Below are positions 10,205 to 22,755 of a DNA stretch of 64,000 nucleotides, piece after piece. The position numbers and the translations under genes were made by a program. Each line of letters starts with the position of its first letter. Positions within the stretch are counted from its first letter, which is position 1. Under the pieces are notes generated by a model. The model did not search any database, was not told the DNA's origin, and was given only the letters and a program-made list of their open reading frames with translations. Source of the DNA: Takakia lepidozioides (Eukaryota > Plantae > Bryophyta); NCBI GenBank assembly GCA_030704615.1, contig CM060731.1:47926001-47990000 (forward strand), written 5' to 3'.

Positions 10205-13200
10205 CTAATCTTCATCATCCTCATCTATGTCTGGGTCACTACATGTATCACTGTCTTCATCACAAACTTCATCTTCTCCAAGGGTTGGCTGAACATCATC
10301 ACCACGTATACGGGGTGCTCGGAGGTACAAGGAGGCCACCTGCTCTGGAGTAACCGGTACCGCTCGGCTGCATGTTGGGCCATCAGTAACCAGAGTCTCC
10401 TCTAGTCTTTGTGGGGCTAACAATCCTTCCACTTCCGCCACATCATCATTATCAATTGATATGTCGCAGACCACTCTACGTGCTCGGGGGCTCTTCTCCA
10501 GGACTACTTTCCACCCCGGCTCCTTCACACAATCAGAAAAAAAACACTTGATCAACCTGGCCAGGAAACACAAAAGGTTGCTCAGAAGGTGGAAGCATAC
10601 GGTTAAAATTGACAAGTGTGAAGCCAGCATCATCCTGCTTCATTGACATAGGTTGACGACCCACGCAACTCGCCCGTACCCACGAACACAAAAACACTAT
10701 AGGTTGTGTTTGGCCATAGTCAATTTGCAAAATCTCCCTTATAAGACCCACATATCTTGTAGGTTCCTCCATGTCATTGCCTGAATTGTTGGTGATGGGC
10801 TGGTGCTGGAAAACAGATGAGACTCCGCAATCAAAAGACACCATACTTGTTGTGTTCATGACGGGGGATGTAACCCTGTAATGGTTACCATACGCTGGAG
10901 GCCTTGAAAGATCCAGTAATTCCTCACGTGTTGTAGGATCAAGCCCATCTGATTGAATTGAGAGATGATCCCGTACACCTTGAGGGAGCCAAACAGCAAA
11001 TGGAGGACAAGGATGCAAATCAGGAGGGTACTGAATTGCCGTGGGATTGCTCATGCCTTCCAGCCCTTGCTCCTCACGAAACAAGCGTCATCTGGCTTCT
11101 ATTCGTGTGGACTCTGCTTCATATATCCTGTCACAATCCGAGGGTCAGCCAGGAGATTGACAGAGGTGGCGTGGGAGACTTGAAAAGACGCCATATGCCA
11201 ACTAATGATAAATGACTAAAACTTGGAAATCTGAATGTCAATGAAGTAGATTTCTTACCCCAACATGACTGATAGACGAGGATGGTTCTGAATGATGTAC
11301 TCATGTACAATATCATACAGGTCATTCAATTTTCGGGCTTTAGAACTTCCTTCCACAACTTCACGTTCCACAGATTCTGCCTCATCTGCATCCCACACCC
11401 TTCGTACACTTCCATCAAATCCTGCCATATACTCTGTGCAAAAACCCAATGCTTCTTCAAATTGGTATCCTTCTGCCATGCTCCCCTCGGGCCTTGCCAT
11501 GTTTCTTACGTAGCCCTTCATATCTTTCATTGCCCGCTCCATGGGGTACATCCAACGAGATGCTACGGGCCCACATAAGTACAACTCATCCACTAGGTGA
11601 ACAACCAGATGTGTCATCACAAAAAAAATGATGGTGGGAACTCCTTCTCTATAAGACACAGAGTGAGAACTGCTTCAGTTCTCAATTCCTCATACTCTAC
11701 AGGATTCACCACTTTTGCACACAACTTCTGAAATACACGACATACTCGCAAAATGGCCCTTCGAGGACCACTTGGCATGAGCCCACGGATAGCAAACGGT
11801 ATAATTTGCTGCATGAGCACATGATAGTCATGTGATTTCATGCCTGACAACTTCTTCTTCACCACATGCTTTTTGAAAGCTGATGCGTAGCCTGTTGGCA
11901 CTTTCAAGTTCTGCACAATCTCTAGAAAGACTTGTAACTCAGCCTCAGTGAGGACATAAGGGGCAGGAGGCATAATTAACGTATCTGCTCTATCAGGATC
12001 ACGTTGTAGCCACAATTCCGGGCGCATCCCAAGTAGCTCCAAATCACGGCGAACTTTCAATGTGTCTTTCTCACCAAAGATAGTTTTAATAATATTTTCA
12101 GCCAAGTTCTTCTCGCAATGCATTGCGTCAAACGTGTGGCGGATGAGGAGACCCTACAAAATGAACACATAAGCAATTGAGGCATTAACTCATCACAATT
12201 TAAACAGAAAACGCAAAAATGTACACAGCCAATTTAAAGGCCATGAAGGAATTACCTCCCAATAAGGTAAGACATATAAAATTGACAATCGCTTAACTCC
12301 ATGAGTTTTTGCTGGGTTTGTCCTGCTATCTGGCGTCCCTCCGTTTTCCACCCATGCAGTGCGAGCTGTTGCAAGGTCCTTGATTTGTGTTCCAGTCTGC
12401 GTTTTTGGAGGAGTTCCATGCTCAGTAGCGCCATTGAACATTCTTGACCTTCTATATGGATGATTGCGGGCCAAAAATCTTCGGTGGCCTAGGAAAACAA
12501 ATTTTCCACATGTGTGTAACTGCTGTGAAGTCACCCCGGGTCCACAAGCTGGACAACCAACATAACCTTTCGTCACTTGACCTGAGAGCAAGCCATATGC
12601 AGGGTAGTCATGGATTGACCACATCAACACTGCCCTCAGTGTGAATTCGTGTTTACCACGAGGACGGGAACATCATGAGCTGCAATCCCTCTCCATAGTT
12701 CCAATAGCTCTTCCACTAGGGGCATCAGGTAAACATCTACGTTGTCCGAGGTAACAGACTCCTTACCAGGAATCAGTAGCGCTAACATGACAAAGAACTT
12801 TTTGGTCATTAACCACGGAGGCAGATTGTAATTGACCAAGAGAACGGGCCATGTGCTCCAACTTGTGGATTGAGCTCCGTAGGGATTTACACCGTCTAAG
12901 GCCAATCCAAATCGCAGAGATCGTGGCTCTGCAGCAAAATCCGCAAATGTGGTGTCAATGTGTCTCCATGCTTTGCTATCAGCTGGATGTCGAACCAACC
13001 CATCCTGGCTCTTATGTCTGTCATGCCATGTCATGAGGTTAGCGATCGATTTACATCGGTACATACGTTTCAACCTTGGAATGACAGGGAAGTGTCGCAA
13101 TACTTTCTTGGGCACACTTCCACGACCTGGAATGTAACGGGAACTGTGGCACACTGGGCAAATGTCTACATTCTCATACTCCCCACGGAAGAGTACACAA

Positions 13201-13740
13201 CCACGCTCACAGGCATGAATCATCGTGTACTGCAATCCCATCTTGGCAATCATGGTTTTTGCTTCATAGTGAATTTTCGGCAATGAATTCTCTCTAGGCA
13301 AAAAACTCTTACGCAACAATCCCAGAAGCTCATCCACAAATGCATTGGTGCACTTGTGGGTAGTGCATGCGTTCAGCAACGTCAAAGTTGCTTGCAGCCG
13401 GCTGATGGAGCACCCTTCAAAAAGTGGACATTGCGACGCTCGGAAGAGTTTATCATACTCGGGATCAACGTGCAGGTAAGCATTCTCATCAAATTCATTG
13501 TCTCCGGAATCGTCGAGATCATCGTCATGATCGGCAAATGTGTGATTGGTTCCACCATGAATGGGGTCCTCTCTGTTTGCATCTGCAAAGAGAAACGCTT
13601 CCTGCAATGCACGTTACATTTCTACCTCCAATCCACCACTTTCATCTGCGTTCTCTGTGACATTGGGCTCCCGCTGTGCCGCAGGGCCTTCGTCTTCATC
13701 ATCTGAATATTCACATCCCTGCATCCCAATAGTCATCTTG
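10205..13740 (-). pseudogene. CACTA Tnp2/TnpD transposase (Transposase_21 plus DUF4218- and DUF4216-like regions), frameshifted
   Basis: IHACERGCVLFR..CPVC, LRHFPVIPRLKRMY, RHPADSKAW, LALDGVNP, STWPVLLVNYNLPPW, WSIHDYPAY, DAMHCEKN, MKSHDYHVLMQ, RWMYPMER, RPEGSMAEGY, QPFVFPGQVDQVFF. Frameshifts near 12650, 11630 and 10540. The 5' end is uncertain. Confidence 0.93.
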
Positions 13741-14470
13741 TGAGTGGACCAACAACGATGTGACACTTGTTCATATTATGAACATATATGACTACATGAC
13801 TACACATGACCAATGAAAACACGACATGTGCATTAATTAAAGTGATAACGGAAGTGGCGTAGTCATACTCACGTCTGTATCTTATGACTTCTTGACTACA
13901 ATCACCCAACGAAATGTCGACATGTGGAGAAGATGATCGTTGCATTCAAAATTCAAACTAAAGTGCTGAAGGGAAAGTGGCGATCTTACCGGAAGAGAAC
14001 GTTACTGGCAGACAGAGGTGTTCCACAAAGTGTCGGGCAACATGAAGAAGGCAAATGGTGCAATTCTGAATCCTACCAAGACTGGCCGTGGTGGGAAGGC
14101 AATGGTGGAAGCACGCTTGGTAAGTGGCATCATCACGACTCTGTATTTTGTTCCTCATTGAATTGCTATGTGTATATAGTCAGCCCTCACATTGCTTACT
14201 GACTTGTGGCATGGGTTTGTTTGTGGCATGGATTAATTTGTAGGAAACACTATCAGGGTGCCCTCCTACATTATATGAAATTCAAGAGGGTTCAATGTCA
14301 CGGTTGTCAGCTGGGAGTGACAGGCGGGTAAGTGTGTTTTCCACGTTTGCTAGAGTGGTTGCTGCATCATAGGTTGCTAGGGTTTTTTTCACGGCTTTTG
14401 GCCTGGGTTTTCTTTCCAATGGTTGTTCATGCTAGGTTTTTGGGTTTGATTCATACTTGGGCAAGTTTTC

Positions 14471-16368
14471 ATGGATTGGCAGGAGGGAAGTCTCGCATAT
14501 TCTACAGTAGTTGACAGGATGGATGGCTTGGACAAACTGGTGGAATCACAAGGACGTGACATGGTAGAATTAAAATTACAGATGCAGAGTATGATTGAGT
14601 ACCAGAAAGCCATTGTGACGAGATTGGGGATTAATCTACCATGCACAGGACCAGTGATATCTACGATGGATACGTCTGCTGTGACAGTATCAAAATGTTT
14701 GGAATCCCAATTTCAGACGGTAACTGGTGCTCACTCTAAGCCCTTATGTCTTCCTGTCACTGATGATCTTTTGAATTTGACCGAGCAGCAGCATGATACA
14801 GGGAAGGCCAGCTGTGAGGTACACGTGGAAATTCAGTCCTTGCCACGTACAAAGGCAGTAGCAGTCCAGGGGGCAATGGTGACAGAGCGGCCGGGCACAC
14901 CGGATGCTGGTATGCAGGTATGTGGGAGTTTAGATGGGGAGGAAGATGTAGACGGGGACAGCCAAATGTCAGTTTACTTCCTGGACCAACGAGGAAGCAT
15001 TTACTAATTCTGGACTTAAATGATCTGTTATGTGAATCTTTTCATTCTGCTAATGGGCCTGCATCCCTTCCCAAAGGTTTTGTGGGGAAGATGTGTGGCA
15101 AGAAGATGGTAGTTTTGAGACCACGCTGTTATGACTTTTTGCAAAAGTGTTTTGAACACTTTGAGGTGGCGGTGTGGTCTTGTTGCCAAGCTCGCAACTT
15201 CTTCCCAATGGTGGACTATATTTTTGCAGCCCACACTAACCTGGTTTTCCAGTGGGATGCCCTTCACTGTGACGAGGATCCAGTCCTCCCATGCCGTAAG
15301 GGGTCTGATTCAAAGCCATTATATTTCAAGAACTTTGTCTACAGTGTGGGCAGACTGGCCAGAATGGACTTATGAGGACACTGTTCTTGTTGACGACACA
15401 CCAAGAAAGGCGGCAAACAATCCTCCCTTCAGTGGGATTTTTCCAGAGCCATGGAAGGTGCAACCAGATTCACCAACTGATGAGTATCTAATAGAGGTGT
15501 TGTGGCCTTTCTTGGGGAAGGCATCGAAAGCTGCCAGTATTCCCAAGTTTTTGGAGTCTCAGCCTGTTTTCGGACAACAACTATACAACACTGCTACTGT
15601 GAAGGTACAAACATTCTGACAGTGCTCCAGAGGCTACATTTTTGTGGGTTCATTCATTGCATTGCTTTCCTGGATTCTTCTCCTCGGTTGCTTGATTAAT
15701 GCTAGGTTTTCTTTGCAGCTTTTCATGTTGGTTTTTTTTGTTTGATTCATACTTGGATTTTGTTTCTATTCACTATTCCTGTTTGCTCATTGCTTTCCTG
15801 GTTGATCTCTGGTCTGTGACACAGGAACTTGTGACAAACAAAGGTGATATTGTCGACAAGCCGGTACAGACGAGGGGCAAGAGTGTCGACCCAGCGAGTA
15901 GCCCCCCAAAAGAGGTCTCACCACCACTGGAGACTGCAAATGGAGTAAGTCCAGGCCGTTGTCTTGTCTGTTATATTTTTTCCAACCTTGGGGCTCTCTT
16001 TAACTCGCAAATGTTGAGTGTCCTAGTCGTGTGTATGTCATGGGTTTTCACATCGTGTTCTTTTTTGTGTGGAGTTGGGATCACAGTTCAGGGTGGGTGA
16101 CGAGGTTCGGTTGTTGGATGTGAACTCCAAACGCAAGAAATGTGGAGTAGGGCTGATTGTTGCTCTTCAAGGTGCTGTGGTGGGTTACGGGTACCCTGTT
16201 GTGCCCCTCGATTATGCCTGTGTGTACATCAAAGAGGCATGTGTCAGTAACATCCCTCTACCATATGTGAATGGTATTAGGAAACAGACCGAGTTGGGGC
16301 AGGTGGTTGGCCAGACAACACTTTGGAGTCTAAAGTTACTGAAACTTATGGAGCTACGGAAGGGATAG
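14471..16368 (+). pseudogene. CACTA second gene, divergent from the transposase: coiled-coil region, NIF/FCP1-like HAD phosphatase domain, and a C-terminal Tnp1/DUF8039-like domain
   Basis: RKHLLILDLNDLL..., VLRPRCYDFLQKCFEHFEVAVWS, KPLYFKN, DTVLVDDTPRKAANNP (NIF family pattern). 16069-16368 VGDEVRLL...CVYIKEA..NIPLPY...LGQVVGQTTLW resembles En/Spm accessory domains. Two frameshifts. Confidence 0.7.
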
Positions 16369-16959
16369 TCAGTATTGCATTGTTTAACAGAGTTCTTGAT
16401 TCTAATAGCATTAGAACATACTAGCTACAACAATTCAGCCCAATGTGTGGGCTTGTTTTTGGCTGGGCCTTTTGAGGCATGGATTTTTTGACCTTGTGGC
16501 TTTTGAGGTGTCCATTGGGATATTGGTCTCATTTGGATTTTTGTAATGTGATTTATAGGGCTTGTATTGCCCTGTACTTGACTATTTTCATTCTCCTTGT
16601 GGTTGATAGTATGCAGGAGGGATCCATTCTGTTTTCATATTGGAATTTCACCATGTAATGAAGATTTTAAATCATTTAATTCCCTTTCATTTTAAATAAT
16701 AATATTAAAAATAATACCATTAAAAAAAAATCCAAGGCTGCAATCTCCCTGTTCTTTTAAATATTAAATGAAAACTAAAAATTAAAATATGAACATTAAA
16801 AATATAAACTATTTCGGAAAACAATCTTGATGACACGTGGCATCACTCTTGCTCAAACCAGAACACGTGGCAGTATATGACACGACATTCTTTATCCATA
16901 TTTTCACCACGTGTAAAGATCCGTAGTCATATATGCTAGTCATATATTTTGTCTGTGTG

Positions 16960-17345
16960 CCACATGTCACATCTCAAGTGCAACAGGTGTCCCGCTAATA
17001 TCTCTCCATGTAGACATCCCTGTAGTCATATGAGCGAGTCATGTAGTCACCACGTGTGAAATCTGCCATAGCACACGTGTCTCGCTAGCGCCTCTCCATG
17101 TAGGCATCACTGTGCAGACATGTAGTTATATGATCATGGCAAGAAGTCGTGACATGTCAAATTCGCAGTGGCGCACGTGTCCATCCGTCGCCTCTCCATG
17201 TAGGCATCACTTTGCAGACATATAGTCATATGATCCTCTGACGAATGCATGACGTGTCGCTTGTGCAGTGGCGCACGTGTCCCGCTGAAGCCTCTCCATG
17301 TAGGCAGCGCTCAGCAGATAATGTAGTCATATATTAGTCATATAG
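16960..17345. repeat. CACTA subterminal tandem repeats (about 100-bp unit x4)
   Basis: CTCTCCATGTAG at about 17002, 17092, 17192 and 17292, with CACGTGTC and GTCATA motifs. Confidence 0.85.
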
Positions 17346-17542
17346 TTGTGACTGCAACCCTCTCTGCAGCAGGACTCCAGGTGCCACGCAAGCAGTCATG
17401 GATATGACTTGCAAAACGCAGTCCTAAAGACTAGTCGCTATGACAGGGCTTTTTTCACTACAGAGTGATGTAGTCATGAACGCATATAAGACTGAAAAAA
17501 TAGTCATATGTGAAGTCATAAAAATGCTCATCTGTTGCAGTG

Positions 17543-18640
17543 GTTGTGGGACGACATGGAGGAGATGTATGGAGCTACCAAGGGGCCTCGTAGGTACTCT
17601 GGAGCTGTGGGCACAATTGAGGTGGATGACTTTATCTAGGAGTTCGACAGTTGGTGTGATTTGCAGCAGATGCGCAATCCACAGCTGTTCACCCCATTCA
17701 TGGCGTGGAAGGGACTGTTCCAGCATTTGGAAGGCCCGCCTATGGACGATTATCACAAGTTCAGGCGAGGACATGAAGCAGAGATTGAGGAGTGGAGGAT
17801 GTATTGGTCACCTGACTACGTCTCCATTACTCGAGGCACGACGCGACCAGTAGCTGCATCAGCACCAATATCTCCCACTGCCAGCACTAGTAGTGGAACA
17901 AGTAGTGTCGGTATTTCTACAGGTGGTACCAGTTCAAAAGGTGCTACTACTCCTCTTGCCACGACTACATATGTGCCTAGATTCAACCCGGTGGTGGAGT
18001 TCTTCCAGGAGTTGCGGAAGAACTACCAAGGTGTACGGACAGAGAAGCTGCGAAGTTTGCAAGACTTCCAGTGCAAACCCAGTGAGAGCCTGCAAGAGGC
18101 GTACACTCGTATGAGGCGCTTGATAAGTGTGACCCAACGGGTTATTGAAGCTCAGGCAATCCAGTTCTGGTTTAGAATTTTGGACAAGGAGCTCAGGAGA
18201 AGGGTGCGGGATGCAACCCTGTTACAAGCAGCCCAACCCACATTAGCAGATGTGTTTCTGCTGGCTGAGCGGATTGAACTCAACATGGTGGAGGAGCGAG
18301 TTGTTACCATTGGATTTGGCAAAGACATGCCTGCACAAGGCGCAACTGCCAGCCCACAGGCACAAGGGACTGCCCAACAGCGTGGTCAGGGGGGCAAGGT
18401 TTCCCAACCCAAATTTCATGGAGCTTACAGGGGACCTCAGGTGCAGAGGCCAGTAGCATCTTTTGCAAGCCAACAGTAACCAGGGGTGATATGTTGGACA
18501 TGTGGAGGACCCCATGTCAAGAGAGATTGCCCAGAGAGTGGCAAAAGGCCGACACAAGCACAGCCTGCATAGTTGCAGTGTGGACATTGTGGCAAGTATG
18601 GGCATGGAGATGCCCAGTGTTATGACTTGCAACTTGAGTT
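17543..18640 (+). pseudogene. gag, main part with two CCHC zinc knuckles
   Basis: Retrotransposon gag-like LRSLQDFQCKPSESLQEAYTRM; CWTCGGPHVKRDC (about 18490-18530) and CGHCGKYGHGDAQC (about 18578-18620); in-frame TAG/TAA stops. Confidence 0.85.
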
Positions 18641-19479
18641 GCGCCCAGGCCAGTTCCAAGGGAACAATGGTGGCCGGGGGCGAGGTAGACCAGCCTAGAG
18701 AGGACAAGGTAGCCGGGCACGAGGTGCAGGCCAAGGGCAAGCTCAACATGGCCAAGGACGCGGAGGTCAGGGTGTTGATCAAGGCATGGCCAATCGGCTT
18801 CAGCAGCTAGAGCAGAGGCTCGCTGCCATGGCTACAGCTCAGGTGGTACTGGCTCCCAGGCGGGATGGTCCACCTCCTGCTCCTGAGGGAGGAGATATGG
18901 GAGGCATGGGATTCATGTGCGGAGCAGCACTACCACTAGAGCAGATGGAGTCTGCTGCAGCCGTGACTCGAGGAGCAGCACGAGTTCCTGAGCCACGAGG
19001 TGCAGAGGTGGAATTGGAATCACAGCGTGGGAAGGCAAGCCGTCAGGCAAGGCTTCCTCAGTCATTCACATTGGCGGAGACAGTGTCGACGCCATCCATG
19101 GCACCTAGTTCTCGCCGGACTGTTACCGAGGCGGAGGTTACTATGCCATTGGGGAGAGCTACACGTGCATCACTGACACCTGCTACCAAGGCTAGTGCAG
19201 CCGGTGTGTTATTGGGGGCAGCCACCTCTGTGTGTCAAGCCCCATTGTTCTCGACAACCATGATTGCGACGCCGGGTGTAAGACCAGCTGCAGTGTTCAG
19301 ATTAGCAGCAACATTCTGTGAGAGTGGGGAGGTCACTTCATCTTCTGCGGAGTTACTGGAAGGTGTAGTGGCAGAGGGATCCTCGAATTTGAGGGTCAAG
19401 ACTGCCACGGCTGCGCCATGGCCAGCTGCAGCTGCCAGGTTGACGGAGCTGCCAGCTAGGCCAGCTTTTGAGCGCGCCA

Positions 19480-19880
19480 TGGTGACATCTGGAGTTGTCT
19501 TGTTAGACAACCATGATGACATTTTCTCTTTGAGTGGACCGGCAGGCAAGAAGTATCGGCCACTGCGGGTCTTGTTGGACTCGGGAGCTCAGCCACTAAT
19601 GTTGGGCAGAGCTACTATTGCAGGTTTAAGCCTCATAGAGGCGGATATGGAGCCTTGTCCTTTCCAGATACAGACATCTCTGGGAGGATCAGAGGAGACC
19701 GGGGCATGACACGACGTGGGTTGGCCATTAGACTGCAGCCGGATCATCCTATAGATGGCTCAATGATGCGAGCCAAGGCCATTGTGACAGACACAGTCTC
19801 TTACGATGTCCTCGTTGGTGGGGCAGTGTTATATCCCATGGGCTTCACCCTGGACTTTTGGGAGGAGTCAGCATCTTACA
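19480..19880 (+). pseudogene. Retropepsin-like aspartic protease domain of pol
   Basis: VLLDSGAQ (DSG at 19578-19586) and a downstream YDVLVG motif after a frameshift near 19700. Confidence 0.85.
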
Positions 19881-20289
19881 GGCCTGGATGGCAGTCAGGG
19901 GATGGTCGTCGTGCACAGCTCCCTGTGACATTCATTGGGGGTATTGTGGCTGCCCAGCGGGGCAAGATGCCAACACTAGCCGCCTTTACAGCTGCAGTTA
20001 GTTGGCCTGGAGAGTTGCTGGATGGCAATGCCCATGCAGAGGATGTGCCACCTTCAGCAGAGCAGGATGACATGCATGGTATGGCGGAGTTGCCTGCCAT
20101 GGTTGCTCACACTCCATTGTGGGGTACGAGCAAGGATTTGCAGCAGGCTGCCGATGGACGGGTGCAACAAGCCTGGGTAGAGGCCTTCGTACCATTAGGA
20201 GAAGAGGAGAGTGCGGTGATTGCACCAGGACCACCTCAGTTGTCGCCATTGGATACCATACCTCTTGTGTGGCAGTGCCCGGATGAAGG

Positions 20290-20827
20290 CATATGCCTTC
20301 TGGACTTGTTTGGCGGGATCAACACTGGATTGGCTACAGTGCTGCAGGCAGGTGTACGAGTTCGATGTTACCTATATGTGGAGAGGGATTAGACTACACG
20401 ACGCGTCTCAATACGCCATATTGCTTAGTTGGTACAGCAGTACCCTGATTTGTTGCCAGTGTCTGCAGTTCGTGGATACCAACAAGCCTTGCCAGCAGAC
20501 ATTTCGTTGCTGGGGGCGCAGGATTTGGAGCAGGTTGACTCCATTGATCTGGTAGTGGCAGGTTGGCCCTGCCAAGGGCATTCATCAGCCGGGCATGGCA
20601 ATGGATTGCGAGACTCAAGGACGGGTCTGTTTTGGGAGATGGTGCGGGTTTTGCGCCACTTGCAGCTTCATCAAGCTGTATCTCCAGCATACATCTTGGA
20701 GAATGTGCCACTGATGGGTGATTCTTGGGCCAGGGTGATGGCCAGTGTGCATCAAGTCTGGTCGTGGCTTGGGTCAGCAGTGTTGCTGGATGCAGCTGCA
20801 GTGGGGTCACGGGCTCATTGTCCACGG
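20290..20827 (+). pseudogene. C5 cytosine DNA methyltransferase domain, motifs I-VIII, within pol
   Basis: Motif I LLDLFGGINTG (20297-20329), II YVERD, III ADI, IV DLVVAGWPCQGHS (catalytic Cys codon 20570), V DSRTGLFWE, VI YILENV (20690-20707), VIII LLDAAAVGSRAHCPR. Same frame as protease C-terminus and integrase, with two TAG stops (20390, 20426). Confidence 0.92.
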
Positions 20828-21880
20828 CGACATTTTGGGGTGCGACGCACTCATAGTCTACTGCAGGGGCAGTATTGGTGGCGTGGTATGCACACAGAGG
20901 TGCAACAATTTGTGGCTAGGTGCATGGTGTGTGACAGGGTGCGTGCTTCATTCAACGCCCCTACTTCACAATTGCACCTTCTTCCGATCATGGGATTGGG
21001 CTACATGTGGAGTCTTGACTTCGCAGGGCCGTTGCCACTGACCACGCGCCACAACAAGTACGTGTTGGTGATGGTGGAACACTTCTCCAAGTGGATCGAG
21101 TTGGTTCCATTGCCTGATAAGGCTAGTGAGGGAGCCGCATATGCATTCTTGGATTGTGTACTTAGCCGATTCAGTGCTCCAGCTGAGGTACTCACGGACC
21201 AAGGGAGAGAGTTCTTGGGGGAGTTTCAGGCTTTGTGTGACAAGGCCTTGATAGACCACCGCACCACTTCTCGGGATCATCCTGAGGCCGATGGCTTGGC
21301 AGAGAGAGTTGTTCAGACAATAAAGAGGGGTTTGCGCAAGTATGGCTTGCAGAAGGGACACCTAGGAGATTGGGACCTTCAATTACCTTGGTTAGCCATG
21401 GGTTACAGGTTCAGTAAGCAAGCATCACTTGTCTCCTTCTCACCATACTTTCTTCTCTTTGGCCGAGAGCCGGATTTGCCTACATCCATTCGTAGAGAAG
21501 CTGCTACAGTTCTTAACCTTGACGATCCGGACGTGTGGGCACGTGCATGTGATCAGCGTGCAGAGTTGTTCAAGAAAGTCATGCCCATAGCTTTCGAGAA
21601 CCTTGTCATTGCCCAACATCGTGATACGTTGAGGTATGCTACCATACGTGGTGGGGGCTATCGTCCTGGGGTTCGGAGATTCAACCATGGTGACTATGTC
21701 TATCTGCAGCAGACTGCTCCTACGACCTTGGATGTGACTGCAGGACGTGTTATTTTGAGGGTTCGAGAGGTCTTGCCCTCAGGCGTCTTGATTCTGGAGG
21801 GTCGGGATGGCATAACTTGGAAGGACCATGTGCGTAATCGTGCGCCATGTCACCTTCCAAATGTCGATGGCAAGATTGAC
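20828..21880 (+). pseudogene. Retroviral-type DDE integrase (first zinc-binding His deleted)
   Basis: HFGVRRT...YWWRGM...CMVC, WSLDFAGPLP, VLTDQGREF, HPEADGLAERVVQT, SPYFLLFGREP. Confidence 0.95.
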
Positions 21881-21913
21881 CCAAACCTGGCAGTGGTATC
21901 TGCAAGTTTGAGG

Positions 21914-22057
21914 TGCATATTGTGTGGGTCTGCTAGAGGGGCAGCCACCATGCTGGTGTGTGATCGATGCTCTAAAGGTTGGCATATGGGATGCTTGACT
22001 CCACCTCTTGAGATGGTTCCGGATGGGGATTGGTTATGTCCACATTGCATTGGATAG
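21914..22057 (+). other. PHD finger at the integrase C-terminus
   Basis: CILC...MLVCDRCSKGWHMGCLTPPLEMVPDGDWLCPHC has C4HC3 spacing. Confidence 0.93.
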
Positions 22058-22306
22058 TGGGAGTGGATACAACCATGGAAGGCTAACAAGAAACGCAAGG
22101 CCAAGTTACTAGGAGACCTTGAACACACGAGATCCTGGCTCAAGTTCACAGATTACAAGACGACGACTAACGATGGGGCTACTCTTGTACCCGGCCTCTT
22201 GGTCTATAGAGTTTGAGTACAATAGGGACAGTGATAGAGGACTTAGTACGGCTGTGGCTATTACATCTTGTAGCTATCTGGAGTTAGAGGGACCTATCTA
22301 CCAGCT

Positions 22307-22316
22307 AGGGGGGCGA
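22307..22316 (+). promoter_or_regulatory. Polypurine tract
   Basis: AGGGGGGCGA one base upstream of the TG that starts repeat B1. Confidence 0.7.
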
Positions 22317-22317
22317 T

Positions 22318-22402
22318 TGTGGCAGACTACTTTATTGTGCATATATGCATGGTGTGGTTTGGACAATGATGTAGTTGTATAGCGATATGTATGCGCACGA
22401 CA
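22318..22402 (+). repeat. Terminal repeat B1 (85 bp)
   Basis: TGTGGCAGACTAC...GCGCACGACA; 5 differences versus B2. Confidence 0.92.
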
Positions 22403-22404
22403 GC

Positions 22405-22754
22405 TGTCAAGTTAAATAAACACAGTGTGAAACTAACTAGAATAAAGCTAGTTATTTGTATTTAACACTTGGATTTAGTTCAAGTGTTAAGTCAGGTGTC
22501 AAGTTTAGTTTGACACCTGAACCGTCTTATCTTCACGAGAGCATCAGTCGTGCGGCTCATCTCTCTCGAGTTGAGCCTGCACGACCGAGCTCCTTCACCG
22601 TTCAGAACCTGAGTGTGCTTACGAAGGGATGATAGGTTGTTGTGCGGTGGAGTCCCCATAGCTTGGGGTGCCCCTGGCTCGACTATTATTTTAAAGAGTG
22701 ATGGTGTTGTGTTTTGTGTTTCTCTTGTTATTTGAGTTTAGTTCTTTCTTATCA
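22405..22754 (+). repeat. Terminal repeat A2 (350 bp)
   Basis: Direct copy of 3880-4229. Confidence 0.95.
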
Positions 22755-22755
22755 T

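Larger units (their letters stand above)
7603..17542. mobile_element. CACTA (En/Spm) DNA transposon, 9940 bp, both ends present
   Basis: Left TIR CACTACAAGAGATGAGCGTTTTTAGGACTAC; right TIR (reverse complement) CACTGCAACAGATGAGCATTTTTATGACTTC. The 3-bp TSD GTT is at 7600-7602 and 17543-17545. ATGACTA/TAGTCAT subterminal motifs are abundant. Confidence 0.95.

Noticed and set aside
20290-20827. Bacterial restriction-modification methyltransferase or contamination
   Set aside because: The domain is in frame within a retroelement polyprotein embedded in intron-containing plant DNA; no endonuclease or operon context.
22318-22402. Repeat B as an 85-bp duplication of PPR target DNA (TTLLCIYAWCG resembles a PPR motif)
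   Set aside because: B is not needed to restore the PPR frame, has TG..CA ends and follows the PPT; the resemblance is probably chance.
3880-22754. Ordinary LTR pair A1/A2 as the element boundaries
   Set aside because: No TSD at these ends (TGGGC versus TTGTG), the PPT is not adjacent to A2, and the PPR frame is restored only when B2 is included.
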